Shown: piece by piece, positions 10,041-20,261 of the stretch
Position numbering within the stretch: position 1 is the first letter of the stretch
Layout of the letters: each line of letters begins with the position of its first letter
The notes under the pieces: generated by a model
What the model was told of the DNA's origin: nothing
Databases searched by the model: none
What the model saw: only the letters and a program-made list of their open reading frames with translations
Made by a program: the position numbers and the translations under genes
Source: an uncultured Clostridia bacterium
GTDB lineage: Bacteria; Bacillota; Clostridia; Christensenellales; UBA1242
NCBI GenBank assembly: GCA_947589025.1
Contig: CANQAY010000003.1
Coordinates: forward strand, 24,907 to 88,906
Length of the DNA stretch: 64,000 nucleotides
Direction: 5' to 3'

Positions 10041-10556
10041 ATGGAATTTAATGATAAAGCAGATGCACTATTTTGTGACCCAAATGCCTACATTCAAAAT
10101 TGGGGGTATAGTGTTTGTCAGCCACCTAAAAAAGATAAAAAATGTGGGCAAGGTTTTTGTCAGCACCCGCCACAAAAAGTTGTGTTTGGTGAGCCATATG
10201 AAACCGTGCCCAATTTTTACATAAATAATGATTTTAAAAAGGGTAATTGCAATTGCATCCCAAAGCCAAAACCAAAATGTCCGCATCCGCCAAAACCTTT
10301 GTTTGATATAAAAAATTTGCTTCCGCTTTTATCTGGGCTAATGAAAAACAACAGTGGGGGGATTGGCAACATTTTAAGTTTATTAAATAGTGGGGATGGG
10401 AAATCTAATGTTGATATATCAAACCTAATTTCAAGCCTTTCCAGTAGCGGGGCGCTAACAAATTTGTTTAACATTTTTAAGCCCAAAGATACCCCTCCGC
10501 AAAAAGAAACAGTTTCCACTGAATATGAAATAAAAAACTACACCCGTGTAGACTAA
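10041..10556 (+). CDS. hypothetical Cys/Pro/Lys-rich protein with a Ser/Leu/Asn/Gly-rich C-terminal half (possible spore-coat-type protein)
   Basis: Track ORF 9828..10556. I place the start at the ATG at 10041 (MEFNDK...), because the upstream part overlaps the 9678..9956 minus-strand gene. The composition (CQPPKKDKKCGQGFCQHPP, CNCIPKPKPKCPHPPKP) is coat-protein-like, but this is speculative. Confidence 0.5.
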   Translation: MEFNDKADALFCDPNAYIQNWGYSVCQPPKKDKKCGQGFCQHPPQKVVFGEPYETVPNFYINNDFKKGNCNCIPKPKPKCPHPPKPLFDIKNLLPLLSGLMKNNSGGIGNILSLLNSGDGKSNVDISNLISSLSSSGALTNLFNIFKPKDTPPQKETVSTEYEIKNYTRVD

Positions 10557-10565
10557 CAAAAAGCA

Positions 10566-10859
10566 TTAAGCCAAAACGTGCTTAATGCCTTTTTTCTCAC
10601 TATGCTTATATAAAACAATTTTTCTGCCAATTGTGGTTACAACCTCTGCGCCCAATTTAACAGCCATTTCAGTCAGTTCAAATTCGGTTGGCGGGGTGGT
10701 GCTTTCTTGCATAGAAATTTTAATTAGTTCGTGGTTAAAAAGTTCTTCTTCAATTTGCTTAATAACCGTTTCACTAAATCCGTCTTTGCCCACCCAAACG
10801 ATGGGTTTTAAATTTTGAGCGAGGCTTCTTAATTTAATTCTTTGAGTTTTTGTTATCAT
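10566..10859 (-). CDS. yhbY: YhbY-family (CRM domain) ribosome-assembly RNA-binding protein
   Basis: LT..Q...LRSLA..LKPIVWVGK.G....V...I...L..HELIKI pattern; 97 aa. Confidence 0.88.
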   Translation of the reverse strand: MITKTQRIKLRSLAQNLKPIVWVGKDGFSETVIKQIEEELFNHELIKISMQESTTPPTEFELTEMAVKLGAEVVTTIGRKIVLYKHSEKKGIKHVLA

Positions 10860-10919
10860 ATTTCTCCTTTTATTTAAAATTAGTGTTGTTTTTATTTTAT
10901 TAGGGAAGCAACGAAGTTG

Positions 10920-12233
<1,314 letters not shown>

Positions 12234-12255
12234 TTATTAAAAATAATGCAAAATT

Positions 12256-12891
12256 TTAATTTTTTATTTTGTTTTTGTAATATAAACAAATGTTTTTTAG
12301 CTCGCAAATTTCACATTTTGGATGAATTGCTTTGCAAATTTCCCGCCCAAACATAATAAGCTGATGGTGTGTTTTGCTGCGCTCACTTTCAGGCACAATT
12401 TTTAGCAAATTCATTTCACATTCATATGGGGTGGAATTGTTGCTCGCAAACCCCAATCGCTTAGAAACCCTGTGCACATGTGTATCCACCGCAATGGTTT
12501 GCCCGCCAAAGGCATTGGCAATAACCACATTTGCAGTTTTTCTGCCCACGCCACGCAAGGTGGTCAGTTCTTCCAATGTTTGCGGCAATTTGCCGTTATA
12601 TTTGTTAATTATATCAGCACTTGTTTCAATTATTGCCTTAGCTTTTGCATTATAAAAGCCGCAAGGGCGGATAATTTGCTTTAAATTTTCTTCCCCAAGT
12701 TTTAACATTTTTTCTGGCGTGTTGGCAAGTTTAAAAAGGCTTTTTGTAACAAGGTTTACGCGCTTATCCGTGCATTGAGCGGAAAGCATTACGGCAACAA
12801 GAAGTTCGTAAGGCGTGCCAAAATTAAGCGAACAACTGGCGTTAGGGAACAGCTTATTAAGATAGTTTTTAATGCTATCAAACTTTTTCAT
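12256..12891 (-). CDS. nth: endonuclease III
   Basis: HhH-GPD (LRGVGRKTANVV), catalytic region VDTHV.RV, C-terminal 4Fe-4S Cx6Cx2Cx5C (CKAIHPKCEICELKNIC). Confidence 0.93.
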   Translation of the reverse strand: MKKFDSIKNYLNKLFPNASCSLNFGTPYELLVAVMLSAQCTDKRVNLVTKSLFKLANTPEKMLKLGEENLKQIIRPCGFYNAKAKAIIETSADIINKYNGKLPQTLEELTTLRGVGRKTANVVIANAFGGQTIAVDTHVHRVSKRLGFASNNSTPYECEMNLLKIVPESERSKTHHQLIMFGREICKAIHPKCEICELKNICLYYKNKIKN

Positions 12892-12960
12892 AAATATATT
12901 TTAACATAACATTAAAAAATAGTCAAATTTTAAAATAAAAAAGTTGGTTTTGCCCAACTT

Positions 12961-13221
12961 TTAGTAAATTTTTTCAACTTGTTCGTAAACTCCGTTGCGT
13001 GTAACGGCATAAACGCCAATAAGTGTTTCAACATCTGTTTGTTTAATTAAATTTAAAACAGAATTTAAATATCTATACTCAGTTCGGGCACTAAGCCCGC
13101 AACTTATTGATATGCTGTGGGGAGTGTTAATAATTGAGGCTGTTATGCCAACGCGTTGCATATTTCTAACGAAGTTTTGCAAATTGAATCGAGATTTAAA
13201 AGCAATAATTAAGTATTTCAT
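12961..13221 (-). CDS. DUF3343-like small protein (putative S/Se carrier-like)
   Basis: Small beta-alpha protein (YLIIAF.S...........GI.A.IINTP...S.SCGLS). Divergent from a cysteine desulfurase, the usual context for this family. Start chosen at MKYL. Confidence 0.6.
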   Translation of the reverse strand: MKYLIIAFKSRFNLQNFVRNMQRVGITASIINTPHSISISCGLSARTEYRYLNSVLNLIKQTDVETLIGVYAVTRNGVYEQVEKIY

Positions 13222-13306
13222 AATAAGCCCCATTACATTTTATTTTTAATTGTTTTAATATGTTAAATTGTTTAACTTTTATAGTTTAATTTTCATAACT
13301 TGTTAT

Positions 13307-14428
13307 ATGATATATTTTGACAATGCTGCCACAAGCTTTTATAAGCCGGAGCAGGTTAAAGTGGCGGTTTTAAATGCTTTTAATAAATACACGGCAAACC
13401 CGGGCAGAAGCGGGCATAATCTTTCAATTAGCACGGCCGATGTGGTTTTTGAAACGCGAGAAAAGGTAAAACAATTTTTTAATGCTTTTAATCACAATGT
13501 TATTTTTACAAAAAATTGCACCGAGGCGCTTAACATTGCCATTTTTGGCTCGCTTAATTCAGGGGATCATGTTATAACAACTTGTTATGAACACAACTCA
13601 GTTTTGCGCCCGCTGGAAAAATTAAAAACTGATGGAGTGGAGGTAACAACGCTGTTTTGTGATGTTAACAATTTGCCAACCGAAATCGAAAATGCCATAA
13701 AGCCCAACACCAAATTAATAATTACAACTGCTTGCAGCAATGTTACGGGTGAGTGCCCAAACATTAAAGAAATTGGTGAAGTTGCAAAAGAACATAATGT
13801 ATTGTATTTGGTTGATGGCGCACAATCTAGCGGACATATGGAAATTAATTTGGACGATACAAACATAGACATGTATGCGTTTGCTGGGCATAAGGGCTTG
13901 CTTGCCATAACGGGAGTGGGCGGATTAATAGTAAAAAACGGAATAACTTTAAAGCCACTAACGTATGGTGGCACGGGCACAGAAAGTGAAAATTTAATTC
14001 AGCCAACCGACATCCCCGAGGGCTTGGAGGCAGGCACAATACCTACAATATCTATTATAAGCCTAAATGCTGGAATTGATTTTTTAACTAAAAATTTTAA
14101 AAAAATTATAAAAATTGAACAAAATTTAACAAAATATTTGTATTTTAAGCTTAAAAAATTGAAATTTTTAAAAATTTTATCAACTGAAAGCTCTAAAAAC
14201 GTAATATCGTTTAATGTAAAAAATTTGGATAGCTCGCTTGTTGCAAACATTTTAAATGACCAATTTAACATCTGTGTTCGGTCTGGCTTGCATTGTGCAC
14301 CATTAATTCATAAAAAGAATGGAACATTATTTACAGGTGCTGTGCGCGTTTCACTAGATTTCTTTAACACTTTTGATGAGATTGATAAACTTGTTGAAGC
14401 ATTAATTAAAATAGACAAAATGAGATAA
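13307..14428 (+). CDS. cysteine desulfurase family aminotransferase (class V)
   Basis: IYFDNAATS start, PLP-Lys motif FAGHKG, C-terminal active-site RSGLHCAP. Start set at the ATG at 13307. Confidence 0.88.
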   Translation: MIYFDNAATSFYKPEQVKVAVLNAFNKYTANPGRSGHNLSISTADVVFETREKVKQFFNAFNHNVIFTKNCTEALNIAIFGSLNSGDHVITTCYEHNSVLRPLEKLKTDGVEVTTLFCDVNNLPTEIENAIKPNTKLIITTACSNVTGECPNIKEIGEVAKEHNVLYLVDGAQSSGHMEINLDDTNIDMYAFAGHKGLLAITGVGGLIVKNGITLKPLTYGGTGTESENLIQPTDIPEGLEAGTIPTISIISLNAGIDFLTKNFKKIIKIEQNLTKYLYFKLKKLKFLKILSTESSKNVISFNVKNLDSSLVANILNDQFNICVRSGLHCAPLIHKKNGTLFTGAVRVSLDFFNTFDEIDKLVEALIKIDKMR

Positions 14429-15214
14429 TTACATGTTAAACTTTGGCAAAATTTTGCAAATAATTGCAAACAACATTAACATGCTGCCAAAAATAAGATA
14501 ATATACATGATAAGGCAAAATTATAGAACTAAAAATTAAAATAAGCCCACAAAAGAAATAACTTTTGGCTTTGTTTGGCAAAAACATTTGCTTAAAAACA
14601 TCTTTTAGTTTTAATTTGTTTATATTTTTTTCCAAATTGCTGTCGTCCGGATAAATGCCATATTTTAAAAAATAATCATCATAAAGTTGGCGCTTATCAA
14701 TTAAGTTTATTTCAATGTTTTTAAAAATTTTTGTGTTGGTTAAAGAAAAGTTGTTTCCAATTATATCCACAACATCAATTTGCTTTGTTAGGTGCTCAGA
14801 AATTAAGTTGTAAACATCATTTTGCGTTATGTTATCTATAAAGCAGCAAATTATTATTAAATGCGTTTTGTTGTCTTTAACAAAAGTCAATTTGTTTGCA
14901 GTAAGTTTTGTTTGATGCTCTTTTTCCAAAATGGATTTTAGCAATTTGTTTTTATCTTGTTTTGTTAACATTTTAAAGGCAAAAAAATTTTTGTTAATTG
15001 CATCAGCATGTGTTATGCTTATGTTTGCTTTTTCCTTTTTTTTATCTAAAACAAAATATAACAAATAAACAATTGCAAAACTAAAAATTAAACTTAAAAT
15101 AAATGTGGTTGTTAAAGAACGAATGTAAAAATTAACCCATGCATAAATAATTAAAAAAATAGCAACTGTTACAAAAATTTTATCAATTAAATTTATAAAT
15201 TTAAATTTGCTCAT
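14429..15214 (-). CDS. hypothetical membrane protein (2 N-terminal and 2 C-terminal TM helices around a soluble domain)
   Basis: Hydrophobic segments at both ends. No motif recognised. Confidence 0.5.
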   Translation of the reverse strand: MSKFKFINLIDKIFVTVAIFLIIYAWVNFYIRSLTTTFILSLIFSFAIVYLLYFVLDKKKEKANISITHADAINKNFFAFKMLTKQDKNKLLKSILEKEHQTKLTANKLTFVKDNKTHLIIICCFIDNITQNDVYNLISEHLTKQIDVVDIIGNNFSLTNTKIFKNIEINLIDKRQLYDDYFLKYGIYPDDSNLEKNINKLKLKDVFKQMFLPNKAKSYFFCGLILIFSSIILPYHVYYLIFGSMLMLFAIICKILPKFNM

Positions 15215-15300
15215 ATAATGATTATTTCAACAAATTTTTCTTTTAAACATTTTTGCCATTTTATTTGACAATAAATTTTTAATATCTTATTATAAAAAAT

Positions 15301-16566
15301 ATGTTAGAAGAGATTATCGATAAGAAAACTAAACATGGCAAACTATCTCAAGTGGAATATTATGAGGCCATCGATTATTTGCTTAAGCATGGTGTGGATA
15401 AAACTATAACCAAATTCTTTTTAAGTTTGGATAGTTTTTCTATGACCAAAAAAGAGGTGCTTTATTTAACTTTGGCATTGCGAGATAGCGGCAGAATTAT
15501 AAAATATAATCAATTTGTGTTTGAAAAGCATTCAACCGGCGGCGTGGCAGATGGCTCTAGCATAATTTTAATTCCGCTTATTGCCTCTATGGGCTATAAA
15601 ATGATAAAAACCACTGGGCGTTCAATGGTTTACACAAACGGCAGTGCGGATAGATTTAAAGTTATTCCAAATTTTACAACAAAATTAACTGATGAAGAAA
15701 TTAAAAATGTCTTAGACGAAACAAACGCTTGCGTACTTTCGCACAATGGGGATATTTGCCCGGCTGATAGGCTTTTATACGATTTAAGAGAAAAATATAA
15801 TTTGTCAAAAAATTTAAACTTTATTGCCTCATCAATTGCATGCAAAAAGCTTGCAAGTGGTGCCAAAATGGTGTTGGTGGATATTAAATATGGTTTTGCT
15901 TCGCTTGTTGAAAATTATCAGCAAGCAAAAAAGTTGGCACGCATTTTAAAATATATTTTTAAGCAAAACAAAGTTAAATGCGTTATTGTAATAACCAACA
16001 CATTGCAACAAATTGGCAAGGGCATTGGCAACACAATTGAAGTGCAAGAGGCCATTGATGTTTTAAAAGGCAAACACTCCCGTTTGCGCAACATTGCTTC
16101 ACTTTTTGCGCTTGAAATGATAACCAGCATTAATAAACGTGTTTCCAGAAACGACACCGCCGAAATTATTAACACACTGTTAGATAGTGGTGAAGTTTAC
16201 AGAAAGTTTTTGCTTATTTTAAAAAGTCAGGGTGGTGATGTTTCACTTATTGAACAGAACAAACTTTTTCAACCAAAAAATTCAATAGATTTTACCAGCA
16301 CTAAAAATGGATATGTGTGTTTTGTTAATTCGGTTGTTTTGGGTGAAATTGTTAGGCAGTTAAGCAAACTTACCAACGACAACAACATTGCAATAAAAGT
16401 TAATGTAAATGTTGGAGATTATGTAAATGTTGGGGATACTTTAGTAACTTTTTATTACAATAATAGCAGCAATTTAAAGCATTACAAACAACACATTTTG
16501 GATTGCATTCATTTAACCGACCTAAAAATTAAAAAAGTTAATGTTGTTAAAAGGATTATGCGCTAA
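15301..16566 (+). CDS. pyrimidine-nucleoside (thymidine) phosphorylase family protein, divergent
   Basis: KHSTGGV motif, LYDLRE, SSIACKK, C-terminal PYNP domain. The Gly-rich loop is altered (see findings). Confidence 0.75.
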   Translation: MLEEIIDKKTKHGKLSQVEYYEAIDYLLKHGVDKTITKFFLSLDSFSMTKKEVLYLTLALRDSGRIIKYNQFVFEKHSTGGVADGSSIILIPLIASMGYKMIKTTGRSMVYTNGSADRFKVIPNFTTKLTDEEIKNVLDETNACVLSHNGDICPADRLLYDLREKYNLSKNLNFIASSIACKKLASGAKMVLVDIKYGFASLVENYQQAKKLARILKYIFKQNKVKCVIVITNTLQQIGKGIGNTIEVQEAIDVLKGKHSRLRNIASLFALEMITSINKRVSRNDTAEIINTLLDSGEVYRKFLLILKSQGGDVSLIEQNKLFQPKNSIDFTSTKNGYVCFVNSVVLGEIVRQLSKLTNDNNIAIKVNVNVGDYVNVGDTLVTFYYNNSSNLKHYKQHILDCIHLTDLKIKKVNVVKRIMR

Positions 16567-16976
16567 TGCAAACAAAAGTTAAATCGTTAAAACAAACTGA
16601 AGCCCTAGCAAAGCGCTTTGCACAAAACATAAAAAAGGGCGATGTCGTAATTTTAAATGGAGATTTGGGCGCGGGCAAAACCACTTTTACCCAATTTGTG
16701 CTGCACAATTTGGGGGTTAAAGATATTGTTAACAGCCCTACTTTTGCCATTTTAAAAAGTTACAAGGGCAAATTTAATTTTCATCATATCGACGCATATA
16801 GAATAACAAATGAAGAGGCAATTGAAATTGGGCTAGATGAACTTTTTGAAAATAAAAACGATGTGTTTTTTGTGGAGTGGGCGGAAAATATAAGTGCACT
16901 GATACCTAAAAAAGTTAAAACAATCAACATAAAGTATATTGACGAAACAACAAGGGAATTTAATATTGATGAATAG
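16566..16976 (+). CDS. tsaE: tRNA t6A37 biosynthesis ATPase TsaE
   Basis: GDLGAGKTTFTQ Walker A, SPTF, HIDAYR motifs; 136 aa. Confidence 0.92.
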   Translation: MQTKVKSLKQTEALAKRFAQNIKKGDVVILNGDLGAGKTTFTQFVLHNLGVKDIVNSPTFAILKSYKGKFNFHHIDAYRITNEEAIEIGLDELFENKNDVFFVEWAENISALIPKKVKTINIKYIDETTREFNIDE

Positions 16977-18009
16977 ATTAATTTTAAACACCGCCAATAA
17001 AGATTTAACCATTTTATTAGAAAAAAATGGCAAACTTTTTTGTGAAACATTAAATTCTTCTGCTCACCATAATGAAACAATGCTGCCGGCTGTTGATATG
17101 TTGCTTAAAAAAAATAAATTAACAATTAACAAAATAAACGAACTAGGCATAGTTATTGGCCCGGGTTCGTTTACCGGCATTAGGGTGGGGGTGGCCACCA
17201 TAAAAGCGTTTAGAGATGCATTAAAAATTAAAGCTAAAGGCATAAATAATTTAGATTTGTTATTTAACCTTGCAACAAACCAAAATAAAGGAACGGAAAT
17301 TGTGGCAATTAAGGGCAGTGCAGATAGTTATTTTGTGGCAAGAAAAGTTTTTGATAAAGTTTATAAATATACAAGAAATTTAACGCTAAAAGAATTAACA
17401 ATGCTTACAAAAAAACCAATTGGGGTTTATGAAAATAGTGGCATAAAAAATGAGTTTGTTGTAAAATTTGATGCAGACATTATGCTTAACACCTTTTTAA
17501 ATAGCACAGATGAAAGCTTAATGCCAGTTTATTATCAACTATCTCAGGCGGAAAGGGAAAAATTAAATAAAGGCACGCTAAAAATTGCAAAAGCCAGCGC
17601 AAAGGATGTGGACGAAATTTCCTTAATTGAAGCCAATTCAATTAGCGTTAACACCTTAACGCAGCAAGAGATGAATTCGATGTATAAAGATAAAAATTAC
17701 AAAATTTATGTTGCCAAATTCAATGGTGAAATTGTTGGGTTTATTGTGCTGCAATTAACCGATGAAGTTAACATTATAAGCATTGCCGTTAAAAGTGAAT
17801 TTAGAAACATTGGCGTTGGCGGCAAACTTATAAAAAAAGCGGAAAGTTGTGCAAAATTTAACAACCTTAGCACGCTAAGTTTGGAGGTTAGCAAAAACAA
17901 CATTACAGCTTATTTATTGTATGAAAAATGCGGCTTTAAATTAAGGCGCACACGCAAAAATTATTATGCAGATACATCTGATTGCCTAGAAATGAGCAAG
18001 TCAATTTAA
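16969..18009 (+). CDS. tsaB: TsaB - RimI fusion protein (t6A dimer partner fused to a GNAT alanine N-acetyltransferase)
   Basis: N-terminus ILNTA......LL......HNE.L....D..L.......I.E..VV.GPGSFTGIRVG is TsaB. The C-terminal ~145 aa has the GNAT core (IAVKSEFRNIGVGGKLI). ATG at 16969 overlaps the tsaE stop. Confidence 0.85.
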   Translation: MNRLILNTANKDLTILLEKNGKLFCETLNSSAHHNETMLPAVDMLLKKNKLTINKINELGIVIGPGSFTGIRVGVATIKAFRDALKIKAKGINNLDLLFNLATNQNKGTEIVAIKGSADSYFVARKVFDKVYKYTRNLTLKELTMLTKKPIGVYENSGIKNEFVVKFDADIMLNTFLNSTDESLMPVYYQLSQAEREKLNKGTLKIAKASAKDVDEISLIEANSISVNTLTQQEMNSMYKDKNYKIYVAKFNGEIVGFIVLQLTDEVNIISIAVKSEFRNIGVGGKLIKKAESCAKFNNLSTLSLEVSKNNITAYLLYEKCGFKLRRTRKNYYADTSDCLEMSKSI

Positions 18010-19493
18010 CTGTAATCATCGGGCAAATCGTTAAGCAAAAGCAGGTTGTCGTTACGCTTTAAAAGTTTAAAATATTGCTTAGCATCCTCCAAATTTTTGG
18101 CGTAAAAAACTTTCGTTTTGTTTTTAACATTTAGCCCGGCGGTTAGGGCTTTTTTGTTGTGCTCGCCAACTATAACAATATAGTCACACATATTTAACAT
18201 CTGCGCAAGTTTAAAATTTAAATCAAATTCAAACTTTCCGCCTTCAATAATTCCGGGAGTCACCACCATTTTTTTGTTAGGGAATTGCTTAAAAACTTTT
18301 AATGCTTCCTTTGCGCTTGATAGCGAGCAATTGTAACTATCATCCAAAATGTTAATGTGGGTTTTAATAAGTTCCAATCGGTGCGGTACAAAATTTAAAT
18401 TTTTAATAGTTTCAACAAGGCAACTTTCATCAATTTTTAAATAAACGGCAAGGGAGCCGGCAAGCAAAATGTTTGTTATGTTATGCTGCCCCAAAAGCGG
18501 AGTGCAAACATCATAAGTTTTATCATTTATGTGCAAATTAAAGTGTGTTTTGTAATCTTTTATTACAATGTTATCCGCATAAAAATTTTGTTTTGTGGCA
18601 ACTGAAATTGCTTGCTTTTCACCCGGTTTTTCACAAAACATTCTAAAAGTATAAATGTTATCCAAATTATAAACGCACAAATTATTTAATAAAAAATCGC
18701 TTAACTCTTTTTTGGTTTTATAAATGTTTTCAACTGTCTTAAAACTTTCAAGGTGTTGCGGGCTAACGGTTGTTATAATGCCATAATCTGCGCCAAAAGT
18801 GCTGCAAAGTTTTTTAACATCGCCAACGCGCCTTGCGCCATACTCTAAAATAGCAAAATCAACATTAAGGTTGCTTTCGTTAATAAATTTGCTAATGCCA
18901 AGCAGGGTGTTGTAACTTTTGGGGCTTACTAAAACATTATATTTTGTTTTAAGCATTTTAAACAAAATGTTTTTTACACTTGTTTTTCCATTGCTGCCTG
19001 TTATGGCAATAATTTTGGCTTTGGAATTTTGCAATTTGTTTTGTGCGGCAACTATATATTTTTTGTTTTTAACTTTGTCATAAATATTTATAAAATTTGC
19101 AAAAGGCGGCAAAAAAATTAATAAAATTAAAGAGATTATTCCACCAAATTCAAACAAACAGCAAACAAAAATTGCAATTACGCAAATTGCATACACGCGC
19201 TTTAACTTTGGCGTGTAATTAATTGGGGTTTTGTTTTGCTTAATTAAATTTAAATTAAAAATAATGCTAATTAATGTTAAACAGCAAGTCAAAATAATGT
19301 TTAACAAATTGTTGCTAACAGCAATGTCAATTATCAGCACAAACAGTGCCAGCAAACCAAACCAAAACTTATATTTAAAAAATTTAAAATATCTTATGTT
19401 TTGATAATCCTTTAACTGATAGATATGCAAATATTTTTCAATAAAAATTGAATTAATTAAAAACACAAAAAAGTTAATTAAATAAATAATCAT
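18006..19493 (-). CDS. murF: MurF-like Mur ligase (UDP-MurNAc-tripeptide--D-Ala-D-Ala ligase) with an N-terminal multi-TM region
   Basis: ITGSNGKTSVKN P-loop, central Mur ligase domain, C-terminal HRLE....ILDDSYN and VVTPGIIEGG motifs. The first ~135 aa are about four hydrophobic helices. Confidence 0.8.
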   Translation of the reverse strand: MIIYLINFFVFLINSIFIEKYLHIYQLKDYQNIRYFKFFKYKFWFGLLALFVLIIDIAVSNNLLNIILTCCLTLISIIFNLNLIKQNKTPINYTPKLKRVYAICVIAIFVCCLFEFGGIISLILLIFLPPFANFINIYDKVKNKKYIVAAQNKLQNSKAKIIAITGSNGKTSVKNILFKMLKTKYNVLVSPKSYNTLLGISKFINESNLNVDFAILEYGARRVGDVKKLCSTFGADYGIITTVSPQHLESFKTVENIYKTKKELSDFLLNNLCVYNLDNIYTFRMFCEKPGEKQAISVATKQNFYADNIVIKDYKTHFNLHINDKTYDVCTPLLGQHNITNILLAGSLAVYLKIDESCLVETIKNLNFVPHRLELIKTHINILDDSYNCSLSSAKEALKVFKQFPNKKMVVTPGIIEGGKFEFDLNFKLAQMLNMCDYIVIVGEHNKKALTAGLNVKNKTKVFYAKNLEDAKQYFKLLKRNDNLLLLNDLPDDYS

Positions 19494-20194
19494 TTTAAAA
19501 ATTCAACCACAGCATTGTTAAACAATGCGCTTTGTTTTAAATATGCAAAATGGTCGCCATCCGTTACAATAAGCTTGGCATTGTTTTGTTTGCTTAGTCT
19601 TTTTGCAATCCAAAGTTTTGTTTCAACGTCCTTTTTGCCCCAAAACAAAAGCATGGGGCAGGCAAAACGCATTAAGTTTTTATAATTTGTGTTAACAACG
19701 CGCTTAAAAGTTTGCTTGTTTATGTACGGCAAATTTTTATAGTCTTTAGACGCAATATTGTTAAACAAATATTTAAATTTTTTGTTTTTTAACAAAATTT
19801 TATTGTTGTTTTGTTGAATGCGCTTAAAAATGTTAGTTTTTTTTGCCCCCGCACCGCCCGTTACGACAATTTTTGTAATGTTAATTTTTTGCTTTAATAG
19901 GCAGGCAACTCTAAACCCAAAACTGTGGCAAACAACAATAACTTCATTAATGTTGTGTGCTTTTAAAATGGAAAAAACGAGTTCGCAATAAAGTTCGTTA
20001 TCCCAAATCATGTTTGTTTTTAAAATTGTGGGCATGGTGATAGCAACAATATTAAATTTTTGCTTAAATAGGTTGATGGTTTGAACAAAGGAATTTTTAT
20101 TCCCGCCCCAGCCGTGCAAAAACAAAATTGTTTGCGCTGCCGCTTTTTTATAAAAATCATAATCAATCACTTCGCCATTAAACAAAAAATTCAT
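19490..20194 (-). CDS. alpha/beta hydrolase
   Basis: LHGWGGN oxyanion region, nucleophile elbow CHSFG, C-terminal GDHF. 4-nt overlap with the murF start. Confidence 0.8.
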   Translation of the reverse strand: MNFLFNGEVIDYDFYKKAAAQTILFLHGWGGNKNSFVQTINLFKQKFNIVAITMPTILKTNMIWDNELYCELVFSILKAHNINEVIVVCHSFGFRVACLLKQKINITKIVVTGGAGAKKTNIFKRIQQNNNKILLKNKKFKYLFNNIASKDYKNLPYINKQTFKRVVNTNYKNLMRFACPMLLFWGKKDVETKLWIAKRLSKQNNAKLIVTDGDHFAYLKQSALFNNAVVEFLK

Positions 20195-20261
20195 AGCTTA
20201 ATATATGTTATTTTTTGTAGAATAATGTAAAATTTTAAATTAAATTTTCATAAATAATGTT

